Shown: piece after piece, positions 11,836 through 24,884 of the stretch
Layout of the letters: each line of letters opens with the position of its first letter
Numbering within the stretch: the first letter of the stretch is position 1
Origin: Okamejei kenojei
Lineage: Eukaryota
NCBI GenBank assembly: GCA_035221665.1
Contig: CM069149.1
Span: 21,204,001-21,268,000, forward strand
Direction: 5' to 3'
Length of the DNA stretch: 64,000 bases
Notes under the pieces: model-generated
The model's input: only the letters and a program-made list of their open reading frames with translations
Told to the model about the DNA's origin: nothing
The model's database searches: none
Made by a program: the position numbers and the translations under genes

Positions 11836-12112
11836 TTTAGTTTAGTTTAGAGATACAGCATGAACACAGGCCCTTCGGCCCACTGAGTCCGCACCGACCA
11901 ACAATCACCCCTACACCACTTCTATCCTACACTCCAGGGACAATTTACAGAAGCCAATCAACCGACTGTGGGAGGAAACCAGAGCGCACGGAGAAATCCC
12001 ACGTGGTCACAGGGCGAACGTGCCAACTCTGTACGGACAGCACCCATAGTCAGGACCGAACGCGGATCTCTGGCGCTGTGAGGCAGCAACTCCACCGCTG
12101 CGCCATTGTGCC
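11836..12112 (-). mobile_element. HE1/V-SINE-type SINE
   Basis: (TTTAG)n tail through CCGCTGCGCCATTGTGCC head. Confidence 0.88.
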
Positions 12113-13059
12113 TCGTATTAGGTACACATAATACACATTTATAGAGAGGTTCCAGTATAAAACACATCATGATCAGAATGAGGCTGTATACCCTTGAGGA
12201 CCTGGTGGCGGGTGGCCAGGGATGGGCCCAGGTGAGAGCCAGCAGTCAGCCGAGGACGCTCTGCTGAGAACAAACAGGGACCCGGCGTGGAGAGTCCGCT
12301 GAGAACAGAATGGGACCATCAGTACTATTATGAATACTTTTGTAACTTTGTTGGTGCCCTGTATGTGATGACTCTTTAAATACTTGGTGCGTTGAATGTT
12401 TTTGGAGCTAGGTACATGTGACAATAAAGTGTCATAGAATCATTGACCCGATGACTGTGTGGGATTAGGGCCTGATGCCTTCTTTGGTGGCCACACCTAC
12501 AAATATATTGTGAGAGTATGTGGGTGTGGTGTGGGTAGGGACGGAGGGGTAATTGGAGATTCCCACCGTTGGGTCAACACCTCGCTCAGCTCCGCACGTT
12601 TAAAAATTTTAAGCAAAGAAGAAAGCTCCTTGACCTCTGTGCTTTTTGAGGGTTTTTTTGAAAAGCAATTTGGATTAATTTTAATTGGTTTCAGTACTGG
12701 GTAGACCTGGGGCTGAATCCAATTGATATTGATGTTGTTGAAAGAAAAAGCACTTTTGGGATGATTTTTGAAGAGTCTGTGTTATCTCGGCTGAGGCAGC
12801 AGAAGGACAAAGGTGACTGTTTTAATAGATTAGAAATAATAGATTAGAACAAAACAACCACTTATTAATAGGAATGCAATCATTTGCGAGTATTTGAGAG
12901 CAGGTCTGAAATATTCCCAAAGCTCAGGTTTGCAACATGTGCAGTTTTACTTTCCCTCTGCAATAAACTGGAGGGCCTGAATCTAGACAACCCTCAGAGA
13001 ATTTCAACCTATACACAGACACAGTGAGTCTCTTTTCATCTCGCAAGTCCCGCAGAGGG

Positions 13060-13375
13060 GGGCGGCACGATGGCGCAGCGGTAGAGTTGCTGCCTTACGG
13101 CGCCAGAAACCCGGGTTCGATTCTGACTACGGGTGCTGTCTGTGTGTGAAGTTTGTACATTCTCCCTGTGACCATGTGGGTTTCCTCCCACATCGTGGTG
13201 GCATAGTAGTAGAGTTGCTGCCTCACAGCGCTGCCTGTACGGAGTTTGTGCGTTCTCCCTGTGACCGCCTGGGATTTCTCTGGGTGTTCCTCCACATTCC
13301 AAAGACGTGCAGGTTTGTAGTTTAATCGGCTTCAGTACAAATGTAAGTTGTCCACAATGCGTAGGATAGTGCCTA
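13060..13375 (+). mobile_element. SINE with tandemly duplicated head and V-domain
   Basis: GTAGAGTTGCTGCC and GTTTGT...TTCTCCCTGTGACC each occur twice. Confidence 0.8.
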
Positions 13376-15179
13376 TGGAAATGCACTTTGGCAGAACTGC
13401 TATAGGTCGTAGGGAAAATCCAAAGTAGCTCAAGAGTCGGCAAAATTGTGATTGGGTTCTGACGCTGGTGTCTCTAAAGTCTAATGTCTAAAGACCAAAT
13501 GGGACTAGCTTAGATGGGACATCTTTGTCAGCATGGCCAAGTTGGGCTGAAGGGTCTTTTTCCATGCTGTATGACCATGACTCTATGACATAATCCTCAT
13601 TCCACCACACAAAATTGACGTTAGATTGCTAGACCCCTGACTGAAGGAGACAGTTCCATGCTGGGGTTCTGTATTAGCATAGCCAAAGGTAGTTGCTCCT
13701 GCTGCTCCACTCTGCTGCACTGAACTCTGGAGTGAACCCATGGGGGAAGCCAGAAGTACAGAATCACCCTCTTGCTGTTATTAGCTGCGGTGATTCTGTG
13801 ACTGTGCTACAAGTAGAGACTTCCACAAGTCGCAGCACAGCAGCGAATGAAAATGTTTCTCGATCCCGCCTAGCCTCAAGTGCATGCCTGTTGAAAGCGA
13901 TTTAATAATGTCAGCACAACGTGTGGTCTTCTGCTCTGATTGATTTCCACGTCAATAAACTGCTTTTATTTTAACGAGCTAAGCCGAGTTCTCCTTCTGA
14001 ACGTGGGAAGGAAAAGAGAGCTGGGGTCAGCCCGATGGTTAGCGGGAGAAGAGGCCCTAAGAACCCAGTTACAAACCAATTAGATTGTGAGGCACTCAAC
14101 AGCCACAGTAACCATTAAGTAGAAATTGGAAGCTGAGCGTTTAGGAGCCTCTTCTGTGTATTTCGGACAGAGTTTTCAACTGATTGATTAACCGACATCG
14201 ATTAGCTCAGTGGGATTCAAGAACCGAAGGAAAACACCTCTGTAAATTGAGTAAACCCAGATAAAATAACACCTCAAAATTCCGAATGTTGATCGTGGCG
14301 ACTTGACAAAACCTGCCAAGGCCCAGTAAACAAGAGAAACAAGGCACTGCAGGTAGACACAAAATGCTGGAGTGACTCAGCGGGTCAGGCAGCATCTGAG
14401 TCCATTTGCAAGAGCCGCTAGGTTTTGGTGCCATTTTCAAAGTCCCAGCTGCAGCTGGCCGTAACCCATTGCAGCCGTCGCCTCTCTCCGGATCATCCCG
14501 CAAACCCTTGTGCTTCTCCTCACCTGCTACTTTCAGCCTCCATGCCCTGGAGTCGCCTCTCGCAGCCGACCTTGCAGGCACAGAAGGAAAGACCCGCATT
14601 CTTCGTACCGGCCCCTTTGTTCTTGCATCCACCACCATTGCCGACTCCCTCCCCTTTCCCATCCAGTTCCCAGTTCTCGGATCATAAGGTCATAAGTGAT
14701 AGGAGCAGAATTAGGCCATTCGGCCCATCAAGTCTATTCCGCCATTCATTCATGGTTGATCTATCTCTCCCTCCTAACCGCATTCTCCTACCTTCTCCCC
14801 ATAACCCCTGACACCCGTACTGATCAAGAATCTATCTATCTCTGCCTTAAAAATATCCATTGACTTGGGAGCAGGAGCCGGGTTTGGCAGCTTCCCTCTC
14901 CAGGCAGGTTTTCCGTATCCACGGCGATCAAGCCAGGGATGCTACCAGGGTATGACAGTGGCCCACAGCCCCTTGGAGGCTTCTCCTGCGAGGCCTGTAC
15001 TTACACTGGGCATCACTTCAAATTAACTTTTGCCCTTGACGAGATTGCATCGATCCACCTTCTTGAGTAGTGCTGTTGGTAGCGAGTTCCAGGACTTAGA
15101 TCCAGTGACATTGGTATAGTATTGGTTTATTATTGTCACATGTACTGAGATACAGTGAAGAGCTTTTGTTTGCTTGATA

Positions 15180-16180
15180 GTCATAGATTCATAGTCATAG
15201 AGTGATACAGTGTGGAAACAGGCCCTTTGGCCCAACTTGCCCACAATGTCCCAGCTACACTAGTCCCACTTATCTGCGCTTGGTCCATATCCCTCTAAAC
15301 CTGTCCTATCCATGTTCCTGATGAACTGTTTCTTAAACGATGGGATAGTCTCAGCCACAACTATATATAGACAGGCTCTTGGATAGGTTGTTCCATACAC
15401 CCACAACACTTTGTGTGAAAAAGTCACCCCTTCATCTTTTCCCCTTCACCTTGAAGCTATGTCCTCTGGTCCTTGATTCCCCTACTCTGGCCGAGAGACT
15501 CTGTGCATCTACCCGATCTATTCCTCTCATGATTTTGTACACCTTTATAAATCACCCCTCATCCTCCTGCGCTCCATGGAATAGAGACCCAGCCTACTCA
15601 ACCTCTCCCTAGAGCTCATACCCTCTAGTCCTGGCAACATCCTTGTAAATCTTTTCTGAACTCTTTCAAGCTTGGAAATATCTTTCCTATAACATGGTGC
15701 CCAGAATGGAACACAATATTCTAAATGCGGTCTCACCAACGTCTTATACACTGCACCATGACTCTCAATACTCTGACTGATGAAGGCCAAGGTGCCTAAA
15801 GCTTTTTTGACCACCTTATCCACCTGCGACTCGACCTTCATGGAATCATGCACCTGTCCTCCTAGATCCCTCTATTCTTCAACACTACCCAGAGAGAGGC
15901 CGACTATTTACTGTGTAGGTCCTGCCCTTGTTCAACGTCCCAAAATGCAACACCTCACACTTCTCTGTCTTAAATACCATCAACCATTCCTCTGCCCACC
16001 TGATCCAAATCCTGCTGCAATCGTTCACAACCATCTTCACTATCTGCAATACCACTCACTTTCTACCATCAGCAAACATGCTAATGTTGCCCTATATGTA
16101 CTCATCCAAATCATTGATGTAGATGACAAACAGTTACGGGCCTAGCATCAAACCCTGAGGCACACCACTAGTCACAGGCT
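15180..16180 (-). mobile_element. CR1 (HER1-like) LINE, ~1 kb 3' fragment with degenerate ORF2
   Basis: LVRPHLEYCVPFWAPCYRKDISKLERVQKRFTRMLPGLEG...RRMRGDL; remnants of the GVPQG and FADD region near 16060-16170. Confidence 0.9.
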
Positions 16181-16959
16181 ACATTCAAATCAGATCATAC
16201 TTGGGTCCAATCAAGCCATGTCCAAGTATATGTCCATATCCAAATGTCTTTATGTGGGGGGAAGAGGGTATACGGCAAGTGGGATATCGTCCTTCAGTCG
16301 CTTCCTGGAGAGGATGTGACTATTATTTGAGACTATGGTACCTTCCTTAACTTTGGTGCCGCTATGGGGTTATGTTGTGTGTGGACTTCTGTGTTTGTGC
16401 TTTTTTTTATTTTAATATGTTTCGTTATTTATTATTTATTTTTATGTTACTGACTGTAAGGAAAATCCATTTTGTTGTCTCTAAAATGAGATAATGACAA
16501 TACATTGAATAAAATACAATGAATACAATATACAACAGGCAGGGCAAAGAGAAAAATACCAGAGCACAGAATCTTGTGTTACAGCATTACAGCATTGAAG
16601 CTACAGAGAAAAAAATCCAAGGTCCATGATAAAATAGGTTAACGATTCAAGATTGCACCCTAGCTATGGGAGGTTTGGAGTGGAGTAACTATCCCTTCAG
16701 TGCTGAGGGTTATTGTGGAGAATATTTTGTCCCCTCTCCTCACTGATTGTGGTCTATGGGTCAGAAAAATAAGGATCCGTTGGCAGAGGGGAGTGCTGAC
16801 TCCTAGGTCAGAGTTTGGAGACGAGTTTGGTTGGGATTATGGTTTTGAAGGAATAGCCATGGGTTTCTAAGTTTGAAATGGACTATGTTAACTTTCTCAT
16901 TCTTCTCGTGACCTCAGCCTTTTGGGGATAATGGACTGTAGGTTAAGGAGGTGCCATAG

Positions 16960-17425
16960 ATATGTACAGCATAGATACAGACCCTTCGGCCCAACTTTCC
17001 CACACCGACCAACATGTCCCATCTACACTAGTCCCACCTGCCAGCGATTGGCCCATATCCCTCCAAATCTGTCCTATCCAAGCGCCTGTCTATATATTTC
17101 TTAAATAGTAAAAGTATCATTCATTCATTCATAAAAGTATCATTCATTCATTAATTCAACATTGCAATATTACCTGCCTCAACTACCTCGTCCGGAGGAG
17201 CAGCTCATCCCATACACCCCCCACCCTTTCTGTACAAATGTCACCCCTCAGGTTCCTATTAAATCTTTTCCCCCCTCACCTTAAACCCAAGTCCTCTGGT
17301 TCTCTATTCCCCTGAGACTCTGTGTATTTACCCAATCTATTCCTCTCTTTATTTTGTCCACCTCTATTAGATCACCCCTCATCCTCCGATGCTCCAAGGA
17401 ATAGAAGCCCCCAGTCTGCTCAATC
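16960..17425 (-). mobile_element. CR1 LINE 3' fragment
   Basis: CCCCTCAGGTTCCTATTAAATCTTT...CCTCACCTTAAACC. Confidence 0.8.
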
Positions 17426-18109
17426 TGGTAACCTCTCATCAAGAAAAATCAATTTACCCACCTAAGCTCCAGATCACTGTATAAAAGTGGCAGGGAAACA
17501 CTTTGTTGTTTGTGCAGTTGTGGGAAAATGGTATGTGAATTTTATTTGTTATACTTTTATTTGCTTGAATACACATAGCTGAGGTCAGGCAACCAATAAA
17601 AAAGAGAAAATTCTTAGCCATTGAATATAATCCTGGACAACAATGTGTGCATATTGGGATGACTTGTTAATAGAAAAACCTTTCTTGTGCTCTACACATT
17701 AATTTGAAGAAGGCTACACCAGCCTTTATTTTCAAACCTGAGTTCCACATTGATTTTGAAATAATCTTCTCAGATATTGAAAATATATATCTAGTTCAAA
17801 TAAAAAATACAGCCCTTGGTTACAGATACAGGTCCAGAAGTACAATAATCCTTTTTCCTCTATTCTGACATTTCCCAGGCATAAAATAAATTCATACCTG
17901 TTACAAAAAGGATGGTTATGCTGTGCAGAGCATTCTTCTTATTATTAATAAAACATAGAACATCGAACAGTACAGCACAGGAATAGGCCCTTTGGCCCAC
18001 CATACACATGTTGAACATGTGTGCTAGAATCTATCCAAGGAGTGTCTTTAGCAACACAGAAATATTAACTAATTTTTTCTCTCTTTGAATACAATGATCT
18101 TTTACAAGA

Positions 18110-18522
18110 AGACTTAGATTATTTTCTCTTGAATGCCGGAGGTTGAATGGAGACCTGATAGAATATATATAAAATTATGAGCGGCGTAGATAGGGTAGAC
18201 AGTCAAAACCTTTTTTCTGAGGATGAAAATATGAAATATCAGAAGGCAAAGCTGTAAGGTGAAAGGGGCAAAGTTTAAAGGAGATGTATGGGACAATGTT
18301 TTTACAAAGAGCCTGGAGCATGTTGCTGGGGTGTTGCGATGGAGGCAGCTACTGTAGTGGCATTTAAGAGACTTTTGGATAAGGACATGGATATGCAAGG
18401 AATGGAGGGATATGGATTATGTGCAGGCAGATAGGAGTTGGTATTGACATTATGTTTGGCACAGGCCTTGTGGACTGAAGGCCCTGTTCCTGTGTTGTAC
18501 TGTTTGATGTTCTATGTTCTAT
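18110..18522 (+). mobile_element. CR1 LINE 3' fragment
   Basis: AAGGTGAAAGGGGCAAAGTTTAAAGGAGATG...(GTTCTAT)n tail. Confidence 0.75.
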
Positions 18523-18775
18523 GATAAAATTCATTGAATCCTGGAATCGTAGATTGGTTATAGCAAGGAGCAAACCATTCAACACAAATCCAATAGCAAA
18601 ACATATCGTTTCTTGGAGAATCGGTTTGATCAATTTGGGCCAAGTTAGGATAAAAACAGCATTTGACTGGACACGGAAGGATACCAGGGGGCAACATAAA
18701 TATAATTTTAAACAGACACAAAATGCTGGCGTAACTCAATAGGTCAGGCAACACCTCTGGGGAAAAATAATAGGT

Positions 18776-18803
18776 GACGTTTCAGGTCGGAACCCTTCTT
18801 CAG
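18776..18803 (-). ncRNA. Minimal type I hammerhead ribozyme motif in a Penelope-type repeat (~18712-18990)
   Basis: Minus strand reads GGT-CTGAAGA-AGGGTTCCGACCT-GAAA-CGTC-ACC: intact CUGANGA and GAAA cores, stem II, palindromic ACGU stem III, GUC site, 3-bp stem I. Confidence 0.7.
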
Positions 18804-19479
18804 ACCGAAAGTAGAGGTGTGGTGGGAGAGGGTGGAAATAAACTGGAGGACTGGAAGGCTGGCAACAGGTCACCTCAGGAAGGGTGGAGCCCATAATGGC
18901 CCATTGTTGGCTGGGGTAGGTATGGTAACGGTGGGGGGATACAAGGATGCGAACAGTGGAATTAATAGGACGATCAAGGTGGAGAGAGATTAATTGTTTC
19001 AGCTTTGAAAACCTTTAATTTATTTAGATTGCTTAAAAAAATTCCAAATGCTTTATTTCAAATGCTTTTTCCCCCCTCATTTTTAATTGTTTGAATTGTT
19101 TTCAAAGGTTTTAGAATGTTTAGGAAATTCAAAAATAATCAGAAACATTCATAGATCCTGACAGCTGGCCAAGCCAGGATGAGCAGCCTAGCCAATTGTC
19201 GAAGATCCTTCTATGTGTCTATGGGTAGAGTTTGTCCTTCCTGTCACCTCCCACACATGAAGGATGTGTGATTGAAAGGCCCCCCTGTTTCCTGAGGTCA
19301 TGCCATCAATGATGAAGCAGACTTCATACAGTGAGTTATCCTCAAAAGATTCACTTCCATAAAGCAAGGAATGTGTCAGCAGCCTAACAGCAACTGCACC
19401 ATCCCACCATGACTGTAACATAAAGTGGAAGGATCAATATTACAAAATGTACTTTCCATTTTCTATTAATTTATCATTT

Positions 19480-19762
19480 TTAGTTTAGTTTAGAGATACA
19501 GCATGGAAACAGGCCCAGCAGCCGACCGAGTCTGTGCCGACCAGCGATAACCCATGCACTAGTTCTATCCGACATACTAGGGACGATTTACGGAAGTCAA
19601 TTAACCTACAAACCTGCAGGCCTTAGAAATGTGGGGGGAAACCAGAGCACCTGGAGGAAACCCATGCAGTTAGAGCGAGAATATACAAATTCCGTACAGA
19701 CTGCATCCATAGTCAGTTTCAAACCTGGTTCTCTGACGCTGTATGGCAACAACTCTACACCT
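19480..19762 (-). mobile_element. HE1/V-SINE-type SINE followed by an inverted V-domain piece
   Basis: Full minus-strand copy, then plus-strand GGAGTTTATATGTTCTCCCTGTGACC. Confidence 0.85.
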
Positions 19763-21414
19763 ATGTTAGGGAGTTTATATGTTCTCCCTGTGACCACGTG
19801 GGTTTTCTCCGGGTTCTCCTGTATTACATAAACCTAGCAGCACAAAACTAGGCAAATCAGCCCATCTCATCCAGACTAATGCTATGTTCAAGGATAGTCG
19901 TCGTTATAACATCCTTCTATTTATTGTTCCTTCCTGTTGTTATTGTTCAGAATGATTGATTCTGGGCTGGTAATCAACATTCCTAATTTTCCTGTGGGAC
20001 GGATTGGAGGGATTCTTTCCCATGGTGGTATGAGCAAAAGGAAATTGGAAGGTGAAAGATTAGCAGAATGAATGGAATTTTGTGAACGTTCTTTGTAGAG
20101 CAAGGCTGACCGAGGTATGGATACATGTTATCACCCGCTAACTGAACTGACACATTACTGTCAGTAGCCCAGATGAGAGGTCATTTGAAGTCAAGCAATT
20201 AAAGCAACCACCTCTGAATCTTGAAATTTGGAGTGTTAGTTCTTTAGTCTTGACATGGTATTGGGAATTAGAAAGATACCACTAGGCAAGATATACTTTG
20301 ACAGTAAGACGACACTTGTTGCTGCTGGAACTGAACAGGCAAACTTGTCTGAAGTTACGACTGATTCAAATGACCAGGAATTCAAATAATGATAAACGTT
20401 ATTCAGAGCTGGAAGCAACTTGGCACATTCTCATTATGAATTTTACTGAAGTGGGTTATCATCTCAAGAGATTCATACAATATTTTTGTTTTTTTATTTC
20501 TTTGTAATTTATTAAAAAATGAACCACGTCCACTTAATCCTCATTTATATCCATTCTTTATTAGTTAAAAGCGGACATTAATTAAGATTATGTACTAACT
20601 GCACAGCCTCTCTTACTTCTGAAAGCTGAGTGTATATGTTGCTGCATGAATCATTAGAATTGAACTGTCCAGGACCCACTTATCCTTGCAGAATGAAAAT
20701 ATTAAAGGAAATATTAATCTTTGGTAGATAATAGATCTATGCAAAGGTAGGATTAATGTGGACTTAGGAGAGCGTGCCTCTGCAAGGAAGTCTGTTCAAA
20801 TGAATGAGAAGCATTATAGGACTAGTGGGAGGCTTCCGTATAGGAAAGGTTTTATTTCTGCTTGTCTGTTTGAAATGCGAAAGAAACTTGAGTCAGGTAC
20901 TCAATATGTCCTTAATCACCGGCAAGCCTATCTGTTTGTGTTGCCTGTGTGTCAACATGCATCAGCTTATTTGCAAATGCGATTCATTGTGGCACCTTTA
21001 GACATGTAATTTTATGGGCCATCGGCATCTATAACAAGGCTATATCACCTTTATTGGCCTACATTGGCTGATTTTCTTTTTAACTATGTAAAGCAGGCTC
21101 CAAGAGTTCTTGTCTTTGCATATTCCAATTTGCAGAGTAGCTGCGGGTAAAAGCAGCACAAAAATATTCCACCCACAGTTCAGACTTATTTGTCAATAAT
21201 CAGCAACAGTTCCCACTAACAAGTAGACAGTTTGAAGGCTCAAATGCTTCATGCGATTTAGCCTAAAGCATTTCAAAGTATTGCTTGTGGGAAAGATTAC
21301 TGCCGTAATATCAGGGATTGATTTATTATCGATGAGACCATTTTGTTTTCATAATGGTGCTTCTTGTCCAGTGGCAGCCATTTGCAAGTCAGTGTGTGTT
21401 CTGTATTTCAGTAA

Positions 21415-21735
21415 GGGCGGCTCAGTGGCACAGCTGGTAGAGACGCTGCCTCACAGCGCCAGAGACCCGGGTTCGAGCCAGTCCTCGGATGCTGTCTGAG
21501 TGGAGTTTGCATGTTCTCCCCGTGACCTGGTGGGGTTTCCTCCCGGTGCTCTGGTTTCCTCCCACCTCCCAAAGATGTGCAGGTTTGTAGTGAATTGGCC
21601 CTCTGTAAAATTCCCCCTAATGTGTAGGGAGTGCATGAAAAAGAGGATAACATAAGAACTAATGTGAACGGGTGATAAGAATGGATTTAGTGAGCCAATA
21701 GACCTGTTTCCATGTTGTATCTCTAAATTAAACTA
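21415..21735 (+). mobile_element. HE1/V-SINE-type SINE
   Basis: A/B boxes, V-domain, tail. Confidence 0.9.
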
Positions 21736-21984
21736 ATATTGAAACAGATTTTGTCCTCACTTGGTCATGTTGGAGTGAGTGGGGATTATTTAACTTCAAA
21801 AATGGGTTTGAATCATTGTTTTTCCTAAGGATGTTGAACCTTGCATGAGCTCCCGGGGAATGGTAGTGTTACTGGAGTAGTACCTAATGGCCTGAATTGA
21901 TCATCTTGAAGCCCACCACCGAATTTCAATACAGTGTAAAAACATTAGGCAGGAGAATTAATCTTACATCTGGAGCCTTTACTT

Positions 21985-22253
21985 TAATTTAGAGATTCAA
22001 TGCAGAAACAGACCCTTTGGCACACTGAGTCCACACCGACCAGTGACCACCCCGTGCACTAACACTATCCTACACACTAGGGAAATTTACAATTTTTACC
22101 AAAGCCAATTAAGGTACAAAGCTGTACATCTTTGGAACATAGGAAGAAACCAGAGCCGGAGAAAACCCACATGGTCACAGGTAGAACGAACAAACTGCAA
22201 AGAGACAGCACCCATAGTCAGGATCAAACCTGGGTCTCTGGTGCTGTAAGGCA
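21985..22253 (-). mobile_element. HE1/V-SINE-type SINE
   Basis: Same motifs on the minus strand. Confidence 0.85.
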
Positions 22254-22564
22254 ATGTACCAAGTTCCAAATTGTTCAGGATCACCAGTACCTTCAATTGG
22301 AGGAGGTCTGCTGGACTCTTCCCTATAGCAACTCCATTGACGAGGACAGGCTTGTGCTCACCACTTCATTTCCTAAGGTCAACAACCAACTCTTTCAGTA
22401 GAAGCAAGGAACTGCAGATGGCAGATTACTCCAAGGGACACAAAGTGCTGGGGTAAATCATTTGGTCATGCAGGATCTCTGAAGAATATAGATCGGTGAT
22501 ATTTTGGGTCTGGACTCTTCTTCAGACTGATCTTGCTTTGGTAACCATGCAACACATCCCTTGG

Positions 22565-22876
22565 ACGGCACAATGGCACAGTGATAGAGTTGCTGCATTA
22601 CAGTTCCAGAGACCTGGTTTCAATTCTGACTGTGGGTGCTGTCTGTAATGAGTTTGTACATTCTCCCTGTGATCGCATGGGTTTTCTCTGGGTACTCCAG
22701 TTTCCTCCCACACTACAAAGACATACATGTTTGTAAGTTAATTGGCTTTCGTAAAATTGTAAATTGTCCCTAGAGTGTAGGACGGTGCTAGTGTACGGGG
22801 TGATCGCTGGTCGGCGCAGACTCATTGGACCGAAGGGCCTGTTTCCGCGCTGTATCTCTAAAGTATAAAGTCTAAA
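22565..22876 (+). mobile_element. HE1/V-SINE-type SINE, full length
   Basis: Head through GAAGGGCCTGTTTCCGCGCTGTATCTCTAAAG. Confidence 0.9.
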
Positions 22877-22929
22877 TCATTGCTTTTGACCCGGCAAACC
22901 ACAGTAACACCTTTGGCGAATTTCAATAG

Positions 22930-23235
22930 CAAGTTGGCGCTATGCTTGGTCACACAGTCGTGGGTGTACGAGAAGTAAAGTAGGGATCTGAGCACGCGAC
23001 TTCGAGGAGTGCCAGTTGAGGGCAAGGGTGGTGGAAATGTTGTAGACTAATTCAAACTGACTGAGGTCTGCCAGCAGAAAATCCAGAAGCCAGTTGCAGA
23101 TGGAAGCCCTAAGGCCAAGATCCAGGAGTGTAGAGATGAGCTTATTCAGTATTATGGTGTTGAAGGCTGAGCTGTAGTCAATGAATAGCATTCTGACATA
23201 CGTGTTCTTATTGTCAAGGTGATCCAGCGATGAGT
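22930..23235 (-). mobile_element. Rex1/Babar LINE RT fragment
   Basis: MLFIDYSSAFNTIILNKLISTLLDLGLRASICNWLLDFL. Confidence 0.85.
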
Positions 23236-23301
23236 GTATTTTTTCTTAACACAAATTGCAAGGGGTGTAGATGGCCTGGAAAACTGGTGCAGGGTGGTTT
23301 G

Positions 23302-23572
23302 GTTTAGTAATTCAGCATGGAAACAGGCCCTTTGGCCCCTGGAATCTGCATCGACCAGCAATCACCTTCCACTAGTTCCATCCTCCACCCTAGGGATAAT
23401 TTACAGAAGCCAATTAACTTACAAACCTGCACGACTTTGGAATGTGAGAGGATACCAGAGCATCCGGAGAAAACCCACATGGGGAATGACCAAACTCTGT
23501 ACAGATGGCACCTGTAGTCAGGGTCTCTGGTGTTGTGAGGCAGCAACTCTACCTTTGCGTCATTGTGCCACC
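23302..23572 (-). mobile_element. HE1/V-SINE-type SINE
   Basis: Same motifs on the minus strand. Confidence 0.8.
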
Positions 23573-24209
23573 TTGGGTCAGATGTGGACTATTATCAGTC
23601 CTTCAAAGTACGTTATAGTGGGAAGTCATCATTGAGACCGATTATTTCCTGGGGACTGGAATGATGAAGGTTTCCTAGCAATAATTGGGGACAATAGACC
23701 ATTAAAGTGAGTGGGTGAAGATACTGGTGAAGACTGTAGCCAGTTGCATGATGCGTGATTTTAGAACAATTTCTAGTCCAGATCAAGGTAATTTTCAAAG
23801 TAATAACACCTGCCCACTATTCTAAATCAACAGCAATCGACTTGTAGAATACACTACCATTCAATGATGGCTGATCTATCTTTCCCTCTCAACCCCATTC
23901 TCCTGCCTTCTCCTCGTAACCTTTGACACATTTACTAATCAAGAACCTATCAATCTCCACTTTAAAAATGCCCCCAACGAAGGCCTCCACAGCCGATGTA
24001 GTCAGATGGTTTTTGGTCAGTTTTTTTGTGCTGCCCCCAAGGGGAGATCTGATAGGATTCATACCGTGACTCCACAATAAAGTAACACACCTCCAATATT
24101 TGCATTCTGCACCTGTGCTAAATTGTTTACAGAAGCCTCTCTTCCAGAACTTTAAGGTCCTTTGGGATGCAGCATAATATTGTAAGATATTGAAGAAAGG
24201 AATACAAGC

Positions 24210-24610
24210 ATATTTCCAGGACTCAAGGGCCTGGGTTATAGAGAAAGGTTGGGCAGGCTAACACTTTATTCTTTGGAGTGCATGAGGCTCAACAGTGATC
24301 TGATAGAGGTGTATAAAATAGGTTGGGTGAATGCACAATCTTTTATTCAGCAGAGAGGAATCAAGAATCAAAGGACATACGTTTATAGGGAGAGAGGTCC
24401 AATTTAATAAGAGCCTGAAGGGCAAATTTTCCACTCAGGTGGGTATATGGAATGAGCTGTTAGAGGAGGTAGTTGAGGCAGGTGTTATAACAATATTTAA
24501 AATATATTTGAGCAGGTGCATAGATAGGAATGATGTAGAGGGATATGGACCGAATGCAGGTATATTGGTCGAACATGAATGAGTTGGGCTGAAGGGCCTG
24601 TTTCTGTACA
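24210..24610 (+). mobile_element. CR1 LINE 3' fragment
   Basis: CCAGGACTCAAGGGCCTGGGTTATAGAGAAAGGTTGGGCAGGCTA...GAAGGGCCTGTTTC. Confidence 0.8.
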
Positions 24611-24884
24611 AAAGGACACCAAGTGCTGGAGTAACTCAACGGGTCAGGCAGCATCTCTGGAGAATATGGATAGATGATATTTCAGGTTGAGATCCTTTCT
24701 GTTTTCCATGACTTTACAACTGCATGAATAGCTCCCTCCTGCAGCATCATCCACTTTCACATCCCATCATCACATCTCCTGATCCCCTTGGTTCCTCCAT
24801 CTTGATGTGTTCCCTGACTGAGCATCTGAAGAAGAGGAACATGGCACTGCTCCTCTTGGCACACAATTCTCTGCGACACATTCA

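Noticed and set aside
13060-13130. tRNA genes
   Set aside because: A/B boxes belong to SINE heads that continue into the V-domain; no acceptor stem or terminator
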